Positions 9,885 through 20,373 of a DNA stretch of 64,000 bases are shown here, in pieces (position 1 is the first letter of the stretch; every line of letters begins with the position of its first letter). The notes beneath the pieces were generated by a model. The model was not told where the DNA came from. It saw nothing but the letters and a program-made list of their open reading frames with translations, and searched no databases. This DNA comes from a virus. Position numbers and translations under genes: made by a program. The DNA lies in IMG/VR virus record IMGVR_UViG_3300046804_003294, positions 3,280-67,279 of that record; one strand, 5' to 3'.

Positions 9885-11564
9885 ATGCTGACATCACTAC
9901 AAGGCAATGGTCGCGGCATTTCGTTTGACGATTACTTCAAACAGGCATTAAACCTCGACGTAGCCAAACTGGAAGCCATTATCCGTGGGCAGGATCACTC
10001 CATGCCCATCGTCGCTGCAATGGCTGCGTACGAGGTCAAAAAGCCCATGGTAACTGCTGCCGCAGGCCAGCAAGCGCAACAGCAGCTACAGCAAGCACAA
10101 CCCACTGTTCGGCAGGAGATGGAACAGGAGATGAACAAGTCAGGAATGATTCCTGACATGGCGATGCTGCAACAGCAGCGCATGGGTCCGCAGCCTCCAG
10201 TACTACCTGAACAAGCTGGCGTTGGCGCGCTGCCTGCCCCGAACATGCAGGGTATGGCTATGGCGCACGGCGGCATCATTGCGTTTGACGATGGCGGTTA
10301 TGTGCCGGGATACGCTGGGAATAATTTGTTTGCTCGCAGCGATGTTGATGAAGAAGAACTTGCTGCGTTAGAAGAAGAGCAAGTTAGTGCTATGCGTGGC
10401 CGAGGCGCGCAGCCTGTGGGCGGATTGCCAGAAAAAACGCGTAAGGTTTTGGAAAGTAAAGATAAAGTAGAAGAAAAACAAACTAGTGCTATGCGTGGGC
10501 GAGGCGCACCGCCTGTGGGCGGATTGCCAGAAAAAACGCGTAAATTTTTAGAAAACAAAGATAAAGAAAAGCTCAAGACCGATAAAACTCCAACGGAGTT
10601 AAAAGCGGCTAACGCAGCAATAAACGCGGCACTAGCAAAACAGCCTACCTTTACTGAAGTGCCTCCTCGTGCGCCTGCACCTGCGCTAAAACAAAAACCT
10701 GCAAACGTAGTTCCCGGTAGCAAATCTGATATTGACGAAGCTTTGGAAGCATCACGTCGTTTAAGCGGTGGCGCTGCACAAGACTACAAAGCAGCACTTG
10801 CAAACTATGGCGCAGAAGTAAAAACAGGGTTAGATGCACTGGCGGCTGAATATGAACGTGGTAAACCCGCAGGGCAAGCGTATTCAAAGTACGAACAATC
10901 TTTGCTGGCAGACGAAGCTGCAGCCAAAGGCAAAGAAGAACGCAATTTGCAGATGGCGCTTGTCAACGCAGGCTTGGCTATTGCTGGTGGCACATCACAG
11001 TACGCACTGGAGAATATTGGCAAAGGCGCACTGGTTGGCACCAAACAGTATATGGACGGTCTTGACAAACTGGAAGCCGCTGCTAAAGAACGCCAAAAAG
11101 CAATGGCTATGATTGAACAGGAACGCCGTGCTGAAGCTCGTGGAGATTGGAAAGATAAAAATGCTCTTGCTGCACGTCGTACTGAAGCTGAACTTAACGC
11201 TAAAAAGTTTGGCGTTGAAGGTCTAGGCAAAATATTTGAACTTGACACAAAAAGTTCTACAGATATTTATAATAATTTAGTAGCACAAAGGCACGCTGAT
11301 ATTCGTAATGAAAGAATGGCAGGCGTGTATGCTCAACGTCAAGATCCCTACAATGTTGCATGGGACAATGCTACAAAAGCAATGCAAGTATCGTTGCAGG
11401 CTAACCCTATGTTAGCAATGGAATACCAGAGAAATCCGCAGAAGTACCAGCAAGACTTTGATGCGCTGCTACAAAAAGCGCTAAGCAGAAACACACCAAC
11501 TGGCGGTTCTGCGGTTATGCCTAGCCGCAGCGGTCTAAAATTCCTTGGCTTTGAGAAACAATAA
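9885..11564 (+). CDS. internal virion/ejection protein
   Basis: Helical, low-complexity, lies between the gp7-like gene and the giant protein. Confidence 0.55.
   Translation: MLTSLQGNGRGISFDDYFKQALNLDVAKLEAIIRGQDHSMPIVAAMAAYEVKKPMVTAAAGQQAQQQLQQAQPTVRQEMEQEMNKSGMIPDMAMLQQQRMGPQPPVLPEQAGVGALPAPNMQGMAMAHGGIIAFDDGGYVPGYAGNNLFARSDVDEEELAALEEEQVSAMRGRGAQPVGGLPEKTRKVLESKDKVEEKQTSAMRGRGAPPVGGLPEKTRKFLENKDKEKLKTDKTPTELKAANAAINAALAKQPTFTEVPPRAPAPALKQKPANVVPGSKSDIDEALEASRRLSGGAAQDYKAALANYGAEVKTGLDALAAEYERGKPAGQAYSKYEQSLLADEAAAKGKEERNLQMALVNAGLAIAGGTSQYALENIGKGALVGTKQYMDGLDKLEAAAKERQKAMAMIEQERRAEARGDWKDKNALAARRTEAELNAKKFGVEGLGKIFELDTKSSTDIYNNLVAQRHADIRNERMAGVYAQRQDPYNVAWDNATKAMQVSLQANPMLAMEYQRNPQKYQQDFDALLQKALSRNTPTGGSAVMPSRSGLKFLGFEKQ
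10385..10566 (+). repeat. imperfect tandem duplication, 99-bp period (33 aa)
   Basis: SAMRGRGA(Q/P)PVGGLPEKTRK(V/F)LE(S/N)KDK encoded twice, starting at 10386 and 10485. Confidence 0.9.
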
Positions 11565-11567
11565 ATT

Positions 11568-14500
11568 ATGCCAATAGCACGCTTTCAAATGCCCGATGGT
11601 AGGGTGGCACGCTATGAAGTGCCAGAAGGTACTACGCCTGAACAAGCGCAAGTAATGATTGCGCAGGCGTTAGGCATGCAACCAGAAGAAGCCCCCCGTC
11701 GTCCGGGCATTTTGGAAAGCGGGTTAGGAGGGCTTGAAAAATTACTATCTTCGCAACGCACAGCATTAGCTACTCCGTTAGGTGCCCAAGAAGCTGCACG
11801 CGCTGGTCTTGAACGCGCTCGTGCACTGGAAAAAGAATATCCGTCGCAGCTAAGCCTTGAAGCGGTAAAGAAAAAATACGAAGAAGCAGGCGTCTTGCCT
11901 GCGGCTGGTGAAGTGTTACGTCAAGCACCACACTTCATCATGGAGCAAGTTCCACAGCTAGGCGAAATGTTTGCTGGGGGTAGGCTAGGTGCAATGGCTG
12001 GCGCGCCTGCGGGTCCAGTGGGCGCTGGTGTAGGTGCTGTTGTAGGCGCTGTTACGCCACTTGTACTACAAGCGTATGGCGCTGGAGCAGAACGCCGAGA
12101 GTTAGAAGGGCTTGAGCCAGATATAGCTAAGACGGGGACAGCAGCAGTTGCTACCGCCGCTACAGAGTTTGCGGCCACATTGATACCGTTAGGCGGTAAG
12201 TTAGTTAGCCGTTTGGTGGGTTTACCTGAACGCGCATTAACGTCACAGTCCGGGCGCAAACTGGCAGAAGAAAGCTTAGGAAAAATGATAGCCAAAGGAG
12301 CTGTCGTTGGCGCTGGCGCTGAAATACCCGAAGAAGTGGTGCAGCAAATGTTAGAACGCTGGCAAGCTAACCTGCCGTTGACTAACAATGACGCACTAAA
12401 AGAGTATGGTGAAGCTGCGTACGGTGCAACATTGTTTGGCGGTCCTTTTGGTGCAGGTGCAAGGGCAGCACAACGTTCACAAGCACGCAAAGAAGTGGCT
12501 GCAGAAGAAGCTACTGCAGCAAGAGAACGCACACTTGCCGAACAAGAAGAACAACGAAAGTACTTACAATCTGAAGAGTACCTGCTTGGCCTTGAGCCGC
12601 GTATTGCTGAACTTGTTACGCAACGTGACAAATTAAAAACAGAACGTGATGCGGCGGTAGGCAAACGTCCGGGTAAGAAAAACAAAGCTGCGCAGGCTGA
12701 GTATGATGAAGCAGCCGAACCGTTCAACGCACAATTGCGCGACATATACGCCGAACTAAATCCTCTGCAACAAGAGTTCACGCGCAACAAGAACAGGATC
12801 GAAGAACTTAAAGAAGAAGTACGCCTTAGAGGTATTTCTCCAGAAGAGTATTTGCTTGAACAAGCAGGCGTTACGTTCCCTGCTAAAAAAGAAGGTGAAG
12901 CAAAAGAACCCACGGACGAAATTAGCGCGTGGTGGGAAAAAACTGGCAAAGAGAAAAAAATAACGCCAAAGCAAAAAGCGCTTGACGACGCACTTGAAGG
13001 ACTGCGTTACTTTGACAGAATTACTAACCCGCGTGATGTAGCGCAAGTTCTTGCTACTGATCCTGAACTAATTAACGGCATTTTGTCAGAGGAACTGACA
13101 GTCCCTGAATACACGCCAAACCCAAACCCAAAAACTGCGGAAGAAAAGCAAGAAGCAAAACGCGTAAAAAGTAACAAAAAGTTGCTTGATGAGCTACTGC
13201 TTCAATATCAAAAACGTGTTGGTGAAGCTATAGGAGGCCGACGCGAAGCAGGTTTGCGCGCAGCAGAAAAAGAAGAAAAACGGCAAGCAGCTATATTTGA
13301 AGAAGGCGCAGCGCTTCGGCGTATAGGCGCTGTTGACATAGAACGTAAAAAACTTGGACAAACAGCAGTACCTACTTCAGTAACAGCAACGTTGTCACAG
13401 CTTACATCTGCGCTTGAACAAAAAGCTGAAGGCAAAGAACCTGCAGTATCCATTAAAGATTTAGAGGAAGCGCTTCGCGCACCAGAAACACCGCCGTCTG
13501 TGTTATCTGTTGTGCAAGATGTTGTTAAAGAACGTGCCCCGCAGTTCTATGGTGCTCCTGATGAAGAAGGCGTTCGTAAACCTCTAGCAGAAGATGTTGC
13601 TAATAACTTACTTAGGTTGATGTCACGCACAATTGCCAAAGGCATTGAGCAAGACAGAGCCGATGAAGAAATTTACGCTGATCTGACAAACAAAGAAACA
13701 GGCGTGTTGGGCGACACGCTTCGTAAATATTCTGCTAAAGACAGAGAAGTTTTAAAAAATATAATTGCAGACGCGCGCAGTGCTACTGCTGCACCGCCGG
13801 TGACAGAAGAAAAAGCTCCCGCAATAGGAACGGTTAGCCCACTAACAGCACGCGGCACGCGCATGCAAATGCAAAAACGCGCTGATGAATACGCCACGCA
13901 ACGCGATGCTGCACTGGAAGATTTACAAGGGTTTGTGGAAGATATGGCAAGCCGTCGCACGCTTGCGGACGTGCGAGGAAAAGAAGCGTCGTCCACGGAT
14001 AAAACGCTAAACAACAAAATTGAAGCCGCTAAACGCGCATATATAGAAGCTGCAATATATGAAGCAGCGTATCGCAGACAAGCAGACGATCTGCAAGCAT
14101 TAACACAAGAACAAGTAAAAATTGCAGCCAGTTTGTTCAACATGCACTTAAACCGTTTGGTGTTAACGCAAACACCAAGAGCAACGTTACCTGCTGGTGT
14201 TACAGAAGAAAACACAATAAACGCGCTTGAAACTATTCTTGCACGTTTAGCAATACGTCGTCCTGAACCTCGTCGTGTTGAAGCAGAAGGTTTACGCAGA
14301 CAAAGCGCGGCTGGAGAAGCAAGGCGTGTTGAAAAAGCGCGAGGAGAAGAAGAACCTACCCTAGCGAGGGAGTTAGGTAAACGCGAAAAGTATGTTGCGG
14401 ACATGGTAGAACGTGTGCTGCAAACGCGCGTGCCCTCACGGCAGGTAGAGGGGGTAGAAGGTCTACCAGCTAAAGGTAGACGCCAGCTTTACCCAGAACT

Positions 14501-17500
14501 AGAACGCGCGTTTAACACAGCGCTGGACGTGCTGTATCAAAACAAAGCGTCGCGTACGTTACTGGATGCTGTTGAAGATGCAGCAGATCGCACACTGCGT
14601 GGACAAGATGTAACTGACGCCGCTACGCCAATTAACGAAGAACTGCGTTTGTTAAGCGGTCTTGCACAAGAAGTACCGCAGCCTTCGTTGTTTGGTAAAA
14701 AAGAAGACATCGCAATTGTGCGTAACAATTTTAAAAACTTCGCAAAGTTTTTAAAATCTAAAGAAGTTAACACAATTAAAACGCGAGAACAGTTGCGTAA
14801 AGTTTCAGAAGAAGCAAAGTTAATGTCAGTGTATGACACTGATTTAGATGCACGGCAAAAAATTGTTGAAGCTTTGCGTTTGCAAGAAGCGCAGGATGAG
14901 CTTGACCTTTTGCGTTTTTCTGAAGAAGCCGGTGTTGATGTTAACGACTTGCTGACTAACAGAGATTATTCTAGAGCGCAAGACAGGCTGTTAGAAACGC
15001 AAACGCGTTTAGCAAAAATTGAACAGCTTATTGCTGATGCTAACAAAACAAAACGAATTGCAGCGCAAAAAGGACAAACACGTGAATGGCCGCTTGGACG
15101 GCTGCTTACATTAACGTCAGAGCTTAAAGGTGAAATTGCAGACCTGAAGTACAACACCGCTAAAAAAATGACGGAGTTAGAAACAGAAATTCGTGCGTAC
15201 TATGGTAGGCAGCAACGGCTTGAAACTGTTAATGAACTAAAAGCGGAGCTAAAGAACATACGTTTTTGGCGCGATAAAGCAAAAGAACAACTAAATAAAA
15301 TAACAACAGCACTGCGCGGACAAACAGAAGTACCTGCCGTGCAAATGTTATACAACGATGTTGTTGTTTTAGGTAACAAAGCAAAAACGCTAATGCGCGG
15401 GATTGCATTAGCACGCGCAAAAGAAAGATTGTTTTTTGCTAGTGAAAGATCTTTTTTTGAAATTGATGCGTATTACACTGAAGCTGAAAGTGCTTTGCGT
15501 GAGCATATTGGCAAAGGCTACAGCGAAACCAACACGCCTAGCGGGTTAAAGTTTAAACGAGATTTGCTTGAAACCGAACTGCGGCAAATACGCGCACGCG
15601 TTAAAACAGACGCCAATGCACAGCAACTAAAAACAATTGCAGACGCTAAAGTTGCACAGATAAAAGATGTTAATGAACAAATTGATACTGCGCAGCAAGA
15701 GTTAGGGCGTCTGGCAAAAGAACGTGAAAGCGTGCGTGAAGAACAAACGCTTATTTCTATGTTGGCAGCAAACGATAAACGTATTGTTGCAATGAAAGAT
15801 AGGCTTGCTGTTCTTGAAGATAGACTAAAAAGCATTGACTTAACTTCACAAGAACAGCGTGCTGCGGCTAAAGAAGCAGCAGAGTTGCGTCAAAAAGTTG
15901 CCGTTGAAACAAAAGCCGCAGAGCAAGTGCGTGATGCAGCTAACATAAAACGCATGCGGGGAGAAGAAGAACTGCAACGTGGGCTTGGGTTGCCCGGCGC
16001 TATTTATCCGCGGCAACAAGCAACGCAAGCTATGAACATTGTGCGGCGTGCGTTAGCCAGCAGAAAAAAAATTGAAGACAAGATTACGCAACTTGAAGAA
16101 GCGCTTGCAACCGCGCCAGAAGAGAAAAAAGCAACGTTGCAAAAACGGCTAGACAAAGCCAACAAACGTCTTGAAAAATATGAACAGCGCGTGATGCTGC
16201 CTGTAAACGCTGCTGCACGTGCAGCAGGTATTGAAATTACTAAGCCGTTTGAGATGTTTGGTAAGCCGTGGGAAAAATCCGCAGTAAAAGCTAAACCTGT
16301 TACTAAAGCACGCGGTTTGTTTACCGAAGAAACCGAAGCAGAACGCGCAGAACGTTTAGCAGAAGAAAAAGAACTGCCCGGTGTTACAGAAGAACTTAAG
16401 CTGTCTCCGGCAGAGCAAGCGGCTGCGGCAGCAGAAACAGCGCGTGTTTTAGCCGCACAAGCCAAAGAAACACGCATACATCCTACAAAACGGGCGCGGC
16501 CTAAACGTGTTCGTGGAACCGGCGCGCAAGAAGAATACGTACGTAGCTCGCCTCGTTATATTGCAGCGGTAAAAGAATACGGTCCTCGAAGTGCGCAAGC
16601 CATGCGTGCAGCTAAACAGTCTGGCATGGAGTACTTTGTCAAGTTAGGCGCTGGGCTAACAGAAGGTGAATACGCAGAAAAGAAAGGCACTTTCCGTAAA
16701 CAGGTAGAAGCGGGGTTTGCTCCAATTAAAACAAAAACTGCGCAGTTTAAAGAGAAGGACTTGAGTAAAGCTATCAACCAGTTTGTTGTTAGCAAAAAAG
16801 ACGGCACTGTTTTGCGCCTTGGAGAAAAAGTTGTTGCTAACCCAATAAGCAAAGAAGAAGCGCAAAAGTTTGCCGCAAACTTAAAGAAAAACTTACCAAA
16901 GAATATTAAGTTTTACTATACGTATGATGTAAGCGGTGTGCCAGAGCACATACTGGAGCACATGCGTGCGCAAAAAATAAATCTTGCTGACCCAGACTCA
17001 ACAGTTAAAGGTGGCGTTACGCCGGATGGGTCTGTGTTAGTAATTGGTAATCAGCATGAAGACCTGCTTGACTTAGAAGTCACGGCTGCACATGAACTGA
17101 TTGGGCATTACGGTATTGACACCATGCTGGGACGCAAAGGCATGCTGGCTTTGCTAAATGCTGTGGAAAGTAAAAAAGACGGCATGTTGGGTTTTGCCGA
17201 ACAGTTAGGTGTTGAAAAATACGTTGAAGAAATTAACGTAGCAACTGAGAACGAAGTTGCAGCCGCAAAAACACGCGGAGATAGCGCAGCAGAAATACAA
17301 GATATACGTGACCGAGGACGCATGACTGCGTTGCGGGAAATGATTGCGCGCGCCGCAGAGAAACCTGTGCTTGCAGGAAAAACAACCGAACCGGCAAAAG
17401 CCAAAACAGCGCTTAAACAGATTCAAGATTTTATTAAAAATATAATAGCTGCACTTCGTACAGCTATGATCAAGTACGGGTTTAGCAAATACATAAATCT

Positions 17501-20180
17501 TGATACTAATGACATATACAACCTGATTCAGCAGTCTGGGGATAGTATTCAAAATCATACCATTGGTACGTACCGCAACCCGGCTGGTGACATGGTGTTC
17601 AGAAAAGAAGCAGCAATTCCCGGACCTGAATCAAAACCTGCACTACGTGCATTTGCTGACGACTACATACAAGAAGACAGCAGAACTTTTGGAGAACACT
17701 TTTTAACTTCAGCAGGGCTTTCTTTAAAGCAAGCAATTGTTGACCGCTGGGCTGGCGTTGCCGAAGCCGGACGGCGAGGTAAGATGGACGAAAGCGCTTA
17801 TTACCAAATGATGTTTTATGCGCGCGTACATGACAACCGCACATCCGTAACGGCAAATGCGCTAAACAACGGCGCACCTACGTTAGTAAAAGATTCAAAA
17901 GGTAACTATGTGTTATCAGACACGGGCGGAGCTGCACCCAAACAAATGGTTGAAGTTTTAAAACGTGTTAAAGGCATGGGCAATATTGCTGCCATCACAA
18001 AAGATTTTCAAGCTGGGTTAATGGCGTATCGTGCGCGTGATGTAGGACCACAAAGACTTAACTTTGAACGTCCGCCGTCAAAAGAAACATTGCAGCGTAC
18101 CATCGAGGCGTTTGAGTCTGTGCCTGAGTTTGTTAAAGCGCGTGAAATTTACACGGCGTATAACCGTGGTCTGGTGGATTTTTTAATACAGGCAGGTGCC
18201 ATTACTAAAAAGCTAGGAGAATCATTAAAGAAAAGTAACTACGTTCCGTTCTATCGTATGGAAGGTGATTTTGTAGTGCTTGATCTTGGAGATCGTACGT
18301 CTTTAACAATTGGTAATGTGAAAACGCAGCCGTATCTGCATAGCTTAATTGGTGATGATGCAAAAGTTCGCGGCGACTTTTTTGCAACGATAGTACAAAA
18401 CACATCCATGATTGTAGATATGGGGCTTACAAACCTTGCAAGCAAAGAAGTTGCGTTTGGGCTAGAAAGTGTGGGGCTGCTAAAAGGAACATATAACCCG
18501 GAAACCGGCAAAACTAAAATGATATTTGACGGTACTGGACCTGCCAGTGCTGATGCTGACATTTTCCGTTTTAAGATTGATGGGCAAGATAAATTTGTGC
18601 GGGTAGCTACAGAAGCCGTTGGCATACCATCGTCGTTAATTGTCCATGGTATGCACGGAACCACTACCACAATGGGCGCTGGTATGCGCTTGCTTGCAAT
18701 TCCTGCAAAGCTGCTGCGTACGTTAGTTACGCGTTTGCCGTTGTACCCAGCACGCCAAATTGTTCGTGACTCTGCTTCAAACTTTTTAGTTACTGGCGGA
18801 AACATGACACCTGTTCTGAGTTCAGTTAAAGAACTTATTAACATGTACAAAGGAGCTTCGGAAGAAGAAAGAACTTTGCAAAAAGCAGGCGTCCTTGGAG
18901 GTCAAATAATTTCCGGTACGTCAGAAGACATGGAAAAAATTATGTTGCAGTTAATGAAAGGCGACATCAGTCCCCTCGCTAAACTGGACATGCTGGCTAT
19001 GAAAGCCGACGCTTCTTCTCGCGTAGCACTGTATAAGAGCTACCGGCAGCAAGGTTTGTCAGAAATGGAAGCAACACTGGCTGCCATGGAATCTATGAAC
19101 TTCACTAAACGCGGCACTAGCGGTACGTTGTATGCGTTGAATATGATGGTGCCGTTCTTAAATGCGCAGATTCAAGGTTTGAATGTACTGTATGAATCTA
19201 TGCGCGGTAAGTTACCATACGCACAACGTCTTGATGTTCAACGTAAATTAGCAGTGCGCGGCGCTCTGTTAGCAATGGCTACGGTAGCGTACGCAAGCGC
19301 TATGCGAGATGATGATAAATACAAACGCGCTAAATTACGTGACAAACTTACTAATTTCTTTGTGTCAATCCCCGGCGTGGAAGAACCGCTACGTATACCC
19401 ATCCCATATGAAGCTGGTTTAATTTTTAAAGCGTTGCCAGAGGCTATTGTTATAGCCATGGAAAAAGATGAAGATGCTTCAAAAGTAACTAAAGGCTACG
19501 CCGATCTCTTAATGCGTGCGCTGCCGCTTGGACCTACAACGTTTGTGCCACAAGCCGTTAAACCTGTGCTTGAAACAATGCTAAACAAATCGTTCTACAC
19601 CGGCGAAGACATTGAATCCGGCACTGAACAAAGCCTGTTACCGGAAGCACGGGTTAGGGACAAAACGTCAGGTGCAGCGCAGGCAATGGGTAGAGCGTTT
19701 GGTGTATCCCCTGTAAAAGTAGATTATGCAGTGAACGCGTATACAGGCGGGTACGGGCTGCTGCTCATGAACATGATAGGTTCACTGTTGCCAACGACAG
19801 GCCCTGAAGCACCGGCGCGTGCGATGTCTGACATTCCGTTAGTGGGTTCCATGTTCCAGCCGGTTAATGGTATGGGACAGCTCGATGTGTTCTATGAAAA
19901 AGCGGAAGAGTACGGACAGATAAAAGCAACGTTTGATAAGTATGTTCAGCAGGGGCGTGAAAAAGAAGCCATGGAACTAGCAGATGCTTACGGTAAAGAA
20001 ATAGCTATGGATAAACTAGCCGACAAAGTAAAAGCAAAAATGACTGAATTTACAAAAATGGAACGTTTAATACGCGCGTCAGACTTGAACCCGTTGGAAA
20101 AACGCCAGCGGGTAGAAGAAATACGCATGTTTAAAGACGACTTCGCACGAGCGTTTAATACCGCCGCGCGCCTACAGTAA
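11568..20180 (+). CDS. giant ejection/large polyvalent protein (putative zincin-like domain, C-terminal LPD38-like region)
   Basis: 2870 aa; long coiled coils; AAHELIGHYG metal-binding-like motif; C-terminal PFLNAQIQG...RIPIPYEAGLIF...NKSFYTG..I. Confidence 0.7.
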   Translation: MPIARFQMPDGRVARYEVPEGTTPEQAQVMIAQALGMQPEEAPRRPGILESGLGGLEKLLSSQRTALATPLGAQEAARAGLERARALEKEYPSQLSLEAVKKKYEEAGVLPAAGEVLRQAPHFIMEQVPQLGEMFAGGRLGAMAGAPAGPVGAGVGAVVGAVTPLVLQAYGAGAERRELEGLEPDIAKTGTAAVATAATEFAATLIPLGGKLVSRLVGLPERALTSQSGRKLAEESLGKMIAKGAVVGAGAEIPEEVVQQMLERWQANLPLTNNDALKEYGEAAYGATLFGGPFGAGARAAQRSQARKEVAAEEATAARERTLAEQEEQRKYLQSEEYLLGLEPRIAELVTQRDKLKTERDAAVGKRPGKKNKAAQAEYDEAAEPFNAQLRDIYAELNPLQQEFTRNKNRIEELKEEVRLRGISPEEYLLEQAGVTFPAKKEGEAKEPTDEISAWWEKTGKEKKITPKQKALDDALEGLRYFDRITNPRDVAQVLATDPELINGILSEELTVPEYTPNPNPKTAEEKQEAKRVKSNKKLLDELLLQYQKRVGEAIGGRREAGLRAAEKEEKRQAAIFEEGAALRRIGAVDIERKKLGQTAVPTSVTATLSQLTSALEQKAEGKEPAVSIKDLEEALRAPETPPSVLSVVQDVVKERAPQFYGAPDEEGVRKPLAEDVANNLLRLMSRTIAKGIEQDRADEEIYADLTNKETGVLGDTLRKYSAKDREVLKNIIADARSATAAPPVTEEKAPAIGTVSPLTARGTRMQMQKRADEYATQRDAALEDLQGFVEDMASRRTLADVRGKEASSTDKTLNNKIEAAKRAYIEAAIYEAAYRRQADDLQALTQEQVKIAASLFNMHLNRLVLTQTPRATLPAGVTEENTINALETILARLAIRRPEPRRVEAEGLRRQSAAGEARRVEKARGEEEPTLARELGKREKYVADMVERVLQTRVPSRQVEGVEGLPAKGRRQLYPELERAFNTALDVLYQNKASRTLLDAVEDAADRTLRGQDVTDAATPINEELRLLSGLAQEVPQPSLFGKKEDIAIVRNNFKNFAKFLKSKEVNTIKTREQLRKVSEEAKLMSVYDTDLDARQKIVEALRLQEAQDELDLLRFSEEAGVDVNDLLTNRDYSRAQDRLLETQTRLAKIEQLIADANKTKRIAAQKGQTREWPLGRLLTLTSELKGEIADLKYNTAKKMTELETEIRAYYGRQQRLETVNELKAELKNIRFWRDKAKEQLNKITTALRGQTEVPAVQMLYNDVVVLGNKAKTLMRGIALARAKERLFFASERSFFEIDAYYTEAESALREHIGKGYSETNTPSGLKFKRDLLETELRQIRARVKTDANAQQLKTIADAKVAQIKDVNEQIDTAQQELGRLAKERESVREEQTLISMLAANDKRIVAMKDRLAVLEDRLKSIDLTSQEQRAAAKEAAELRQKVAVETKAAEQVRDAANIKRMRGEEELQRGLGLPGAIYPRQQATQAMNIVRRALASRKKIEDKITQLEEALATAPEEKKATLQKRLDKANKRLEKYEQRVMLPVNAAARAAGIEITKPFEMFGKPWEKSAVKAKPVTKARGLFTEETEAERAERLAEEKELPGVTEELKLSPAEQAAAAAETARVLAAQAKETRIHPTKRARPKRVRGTGAQEEYVRSSPRYIAAVKEYGPRSAQAMRAAKQSGMEYFVKLGAGLTEGEYAEKKGTFRKQVEAGFAPIKTKTAQFKEKDLSKAINQFVVSKKDGTVLRLGEKVVANPISKEEAQKFAANLKKNLPKNIKFYYTYDVSGVPEHILEHMRAQKINLADPDSTVKGGVTPDGSVLVIGNQHEDLLDLEVTAAHELIGHYGIDTMLGRKGMLALLNAVESKKDGMLGFAEQLGVEKYVEEINVATENEVAAAKTRGDSAAEIQDIRDRGRMTALREMIARAAEKPVLAGKTTEPAKAKTALKQIQDFIKNIIAALRTAMIKYGFSKYINLDTNDIYNLIQQSGDSIQNHTIGTYRNPAGDMVFRKEAAIPGPESKPALRAFADDYIQEDSRTFGEHFLTSAGLSLKQAIVDRWAGVAEAGRRGKMDESAYYQMMFYARVHDNRTSVTANALNNGAPTLVKDSKGNYVLSDTGGAAPKQMVEVLKRVKGMGNIAAITKDFQAGLMAYRARDVGPQRLNFERPPSKETLQRTIEAFESVPEFVKAREIYTAYNRGLVDFLIQAGAITKKLGESLKKSNYVPFYRMEGDFVVLDLGDRTSLTIGNVKTQPYLHSLIGDDAKVRGDFFATIVQNTSMIVDMGLTNLASKEVAFGLESVGLLKGTYNPETGKTKMIFDGTGPASADADIFRFKIDGQDKFVRVATEAVGIPSSLIVHGMHGTTTTMGAGMRLLAIPAKLLRTLVTRLPLYPARQIVRDSASNFLVTGGNMTPVLSSVKELINMYKGASEEERTLQKAGVLGGQIISGTSEDMEKIMLQLMKGDISPLAKLDMLAMKADASSRVALYKSYRQQGLSEMEATLAAMESMNFTKRGTSGTLYALNMMVPFLNAQIQGLNVLYESMRGKLPYAQRLDVQRKLAVRGALLAMATVAYASAMRDDDKYKRAKLRDKLTNFFVSIPGVEEPLRIPIPYEAGLIFKALPEAIVIAMEKDEDASKVTKGYADLLMRALPLGPTTFVPQAVKPVLETMLNKSFYTGEDIESGTEQSLLPEARVRDKTSGAAQAMGRAFGVSPVKVDYAVNAYTGGYGLLLMNMIGSLLPTTGPEAPARAMSDIPLVGSMFQPVNGMGQLDVFYEKAEEYGQIKATFDKYVQQGREKEAMELADAYGKEIAMDKLADKVKAKMTEFTKMERLIRASDLNPLEKRQRVEEIRMFKDDFARAFNTAARLQ

Positions 20181-20373
20181 ACAACAGGCCGATCTTGCCA
20201 TCCACGATGGCAGGTTCGACTTTCCCGCGGATGCGGTAACGTAGCCCTTCCTTCAACCCTTCCTCACGGGTCTTGGCAAAGTTCAGCGTTGGGACAAAAA
20301 AGCCCCCGTAAGGGGGCAAGTCCAACCACGGATATTTAATCGTCAGCTTCTTTGATGAGGGCATCGAACTCAT
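20155..20373 (-). CDS. hypothetical protein
   Basis: Last gene of the leftward run; YPW..L..YGGFFVP motif. Confidence 0.55.
   Translation of the reverse strand: MSSMPSSKKLTIKYPWLDLPPYGGFFVPTLNFAKTREEGLKEGLRYRIRGKVEPAIVDGKIGLLFTVGARRY

Noticed and set aside
11921-19459. Long minus-strand ORFs (e.g. 11921-12949, 13673-14404, 18251-18850)
   Set aside because: Antisense shadows of the giant gene; Ser-rich translations with no recognisable motifs.
11568-20180. Virion RNA polymerase (N4- or crAss-like)
   Set aside because: No DxDGD or T7-type polymerase motifs recognised by eye; a structure search is needed to exclude it fully.
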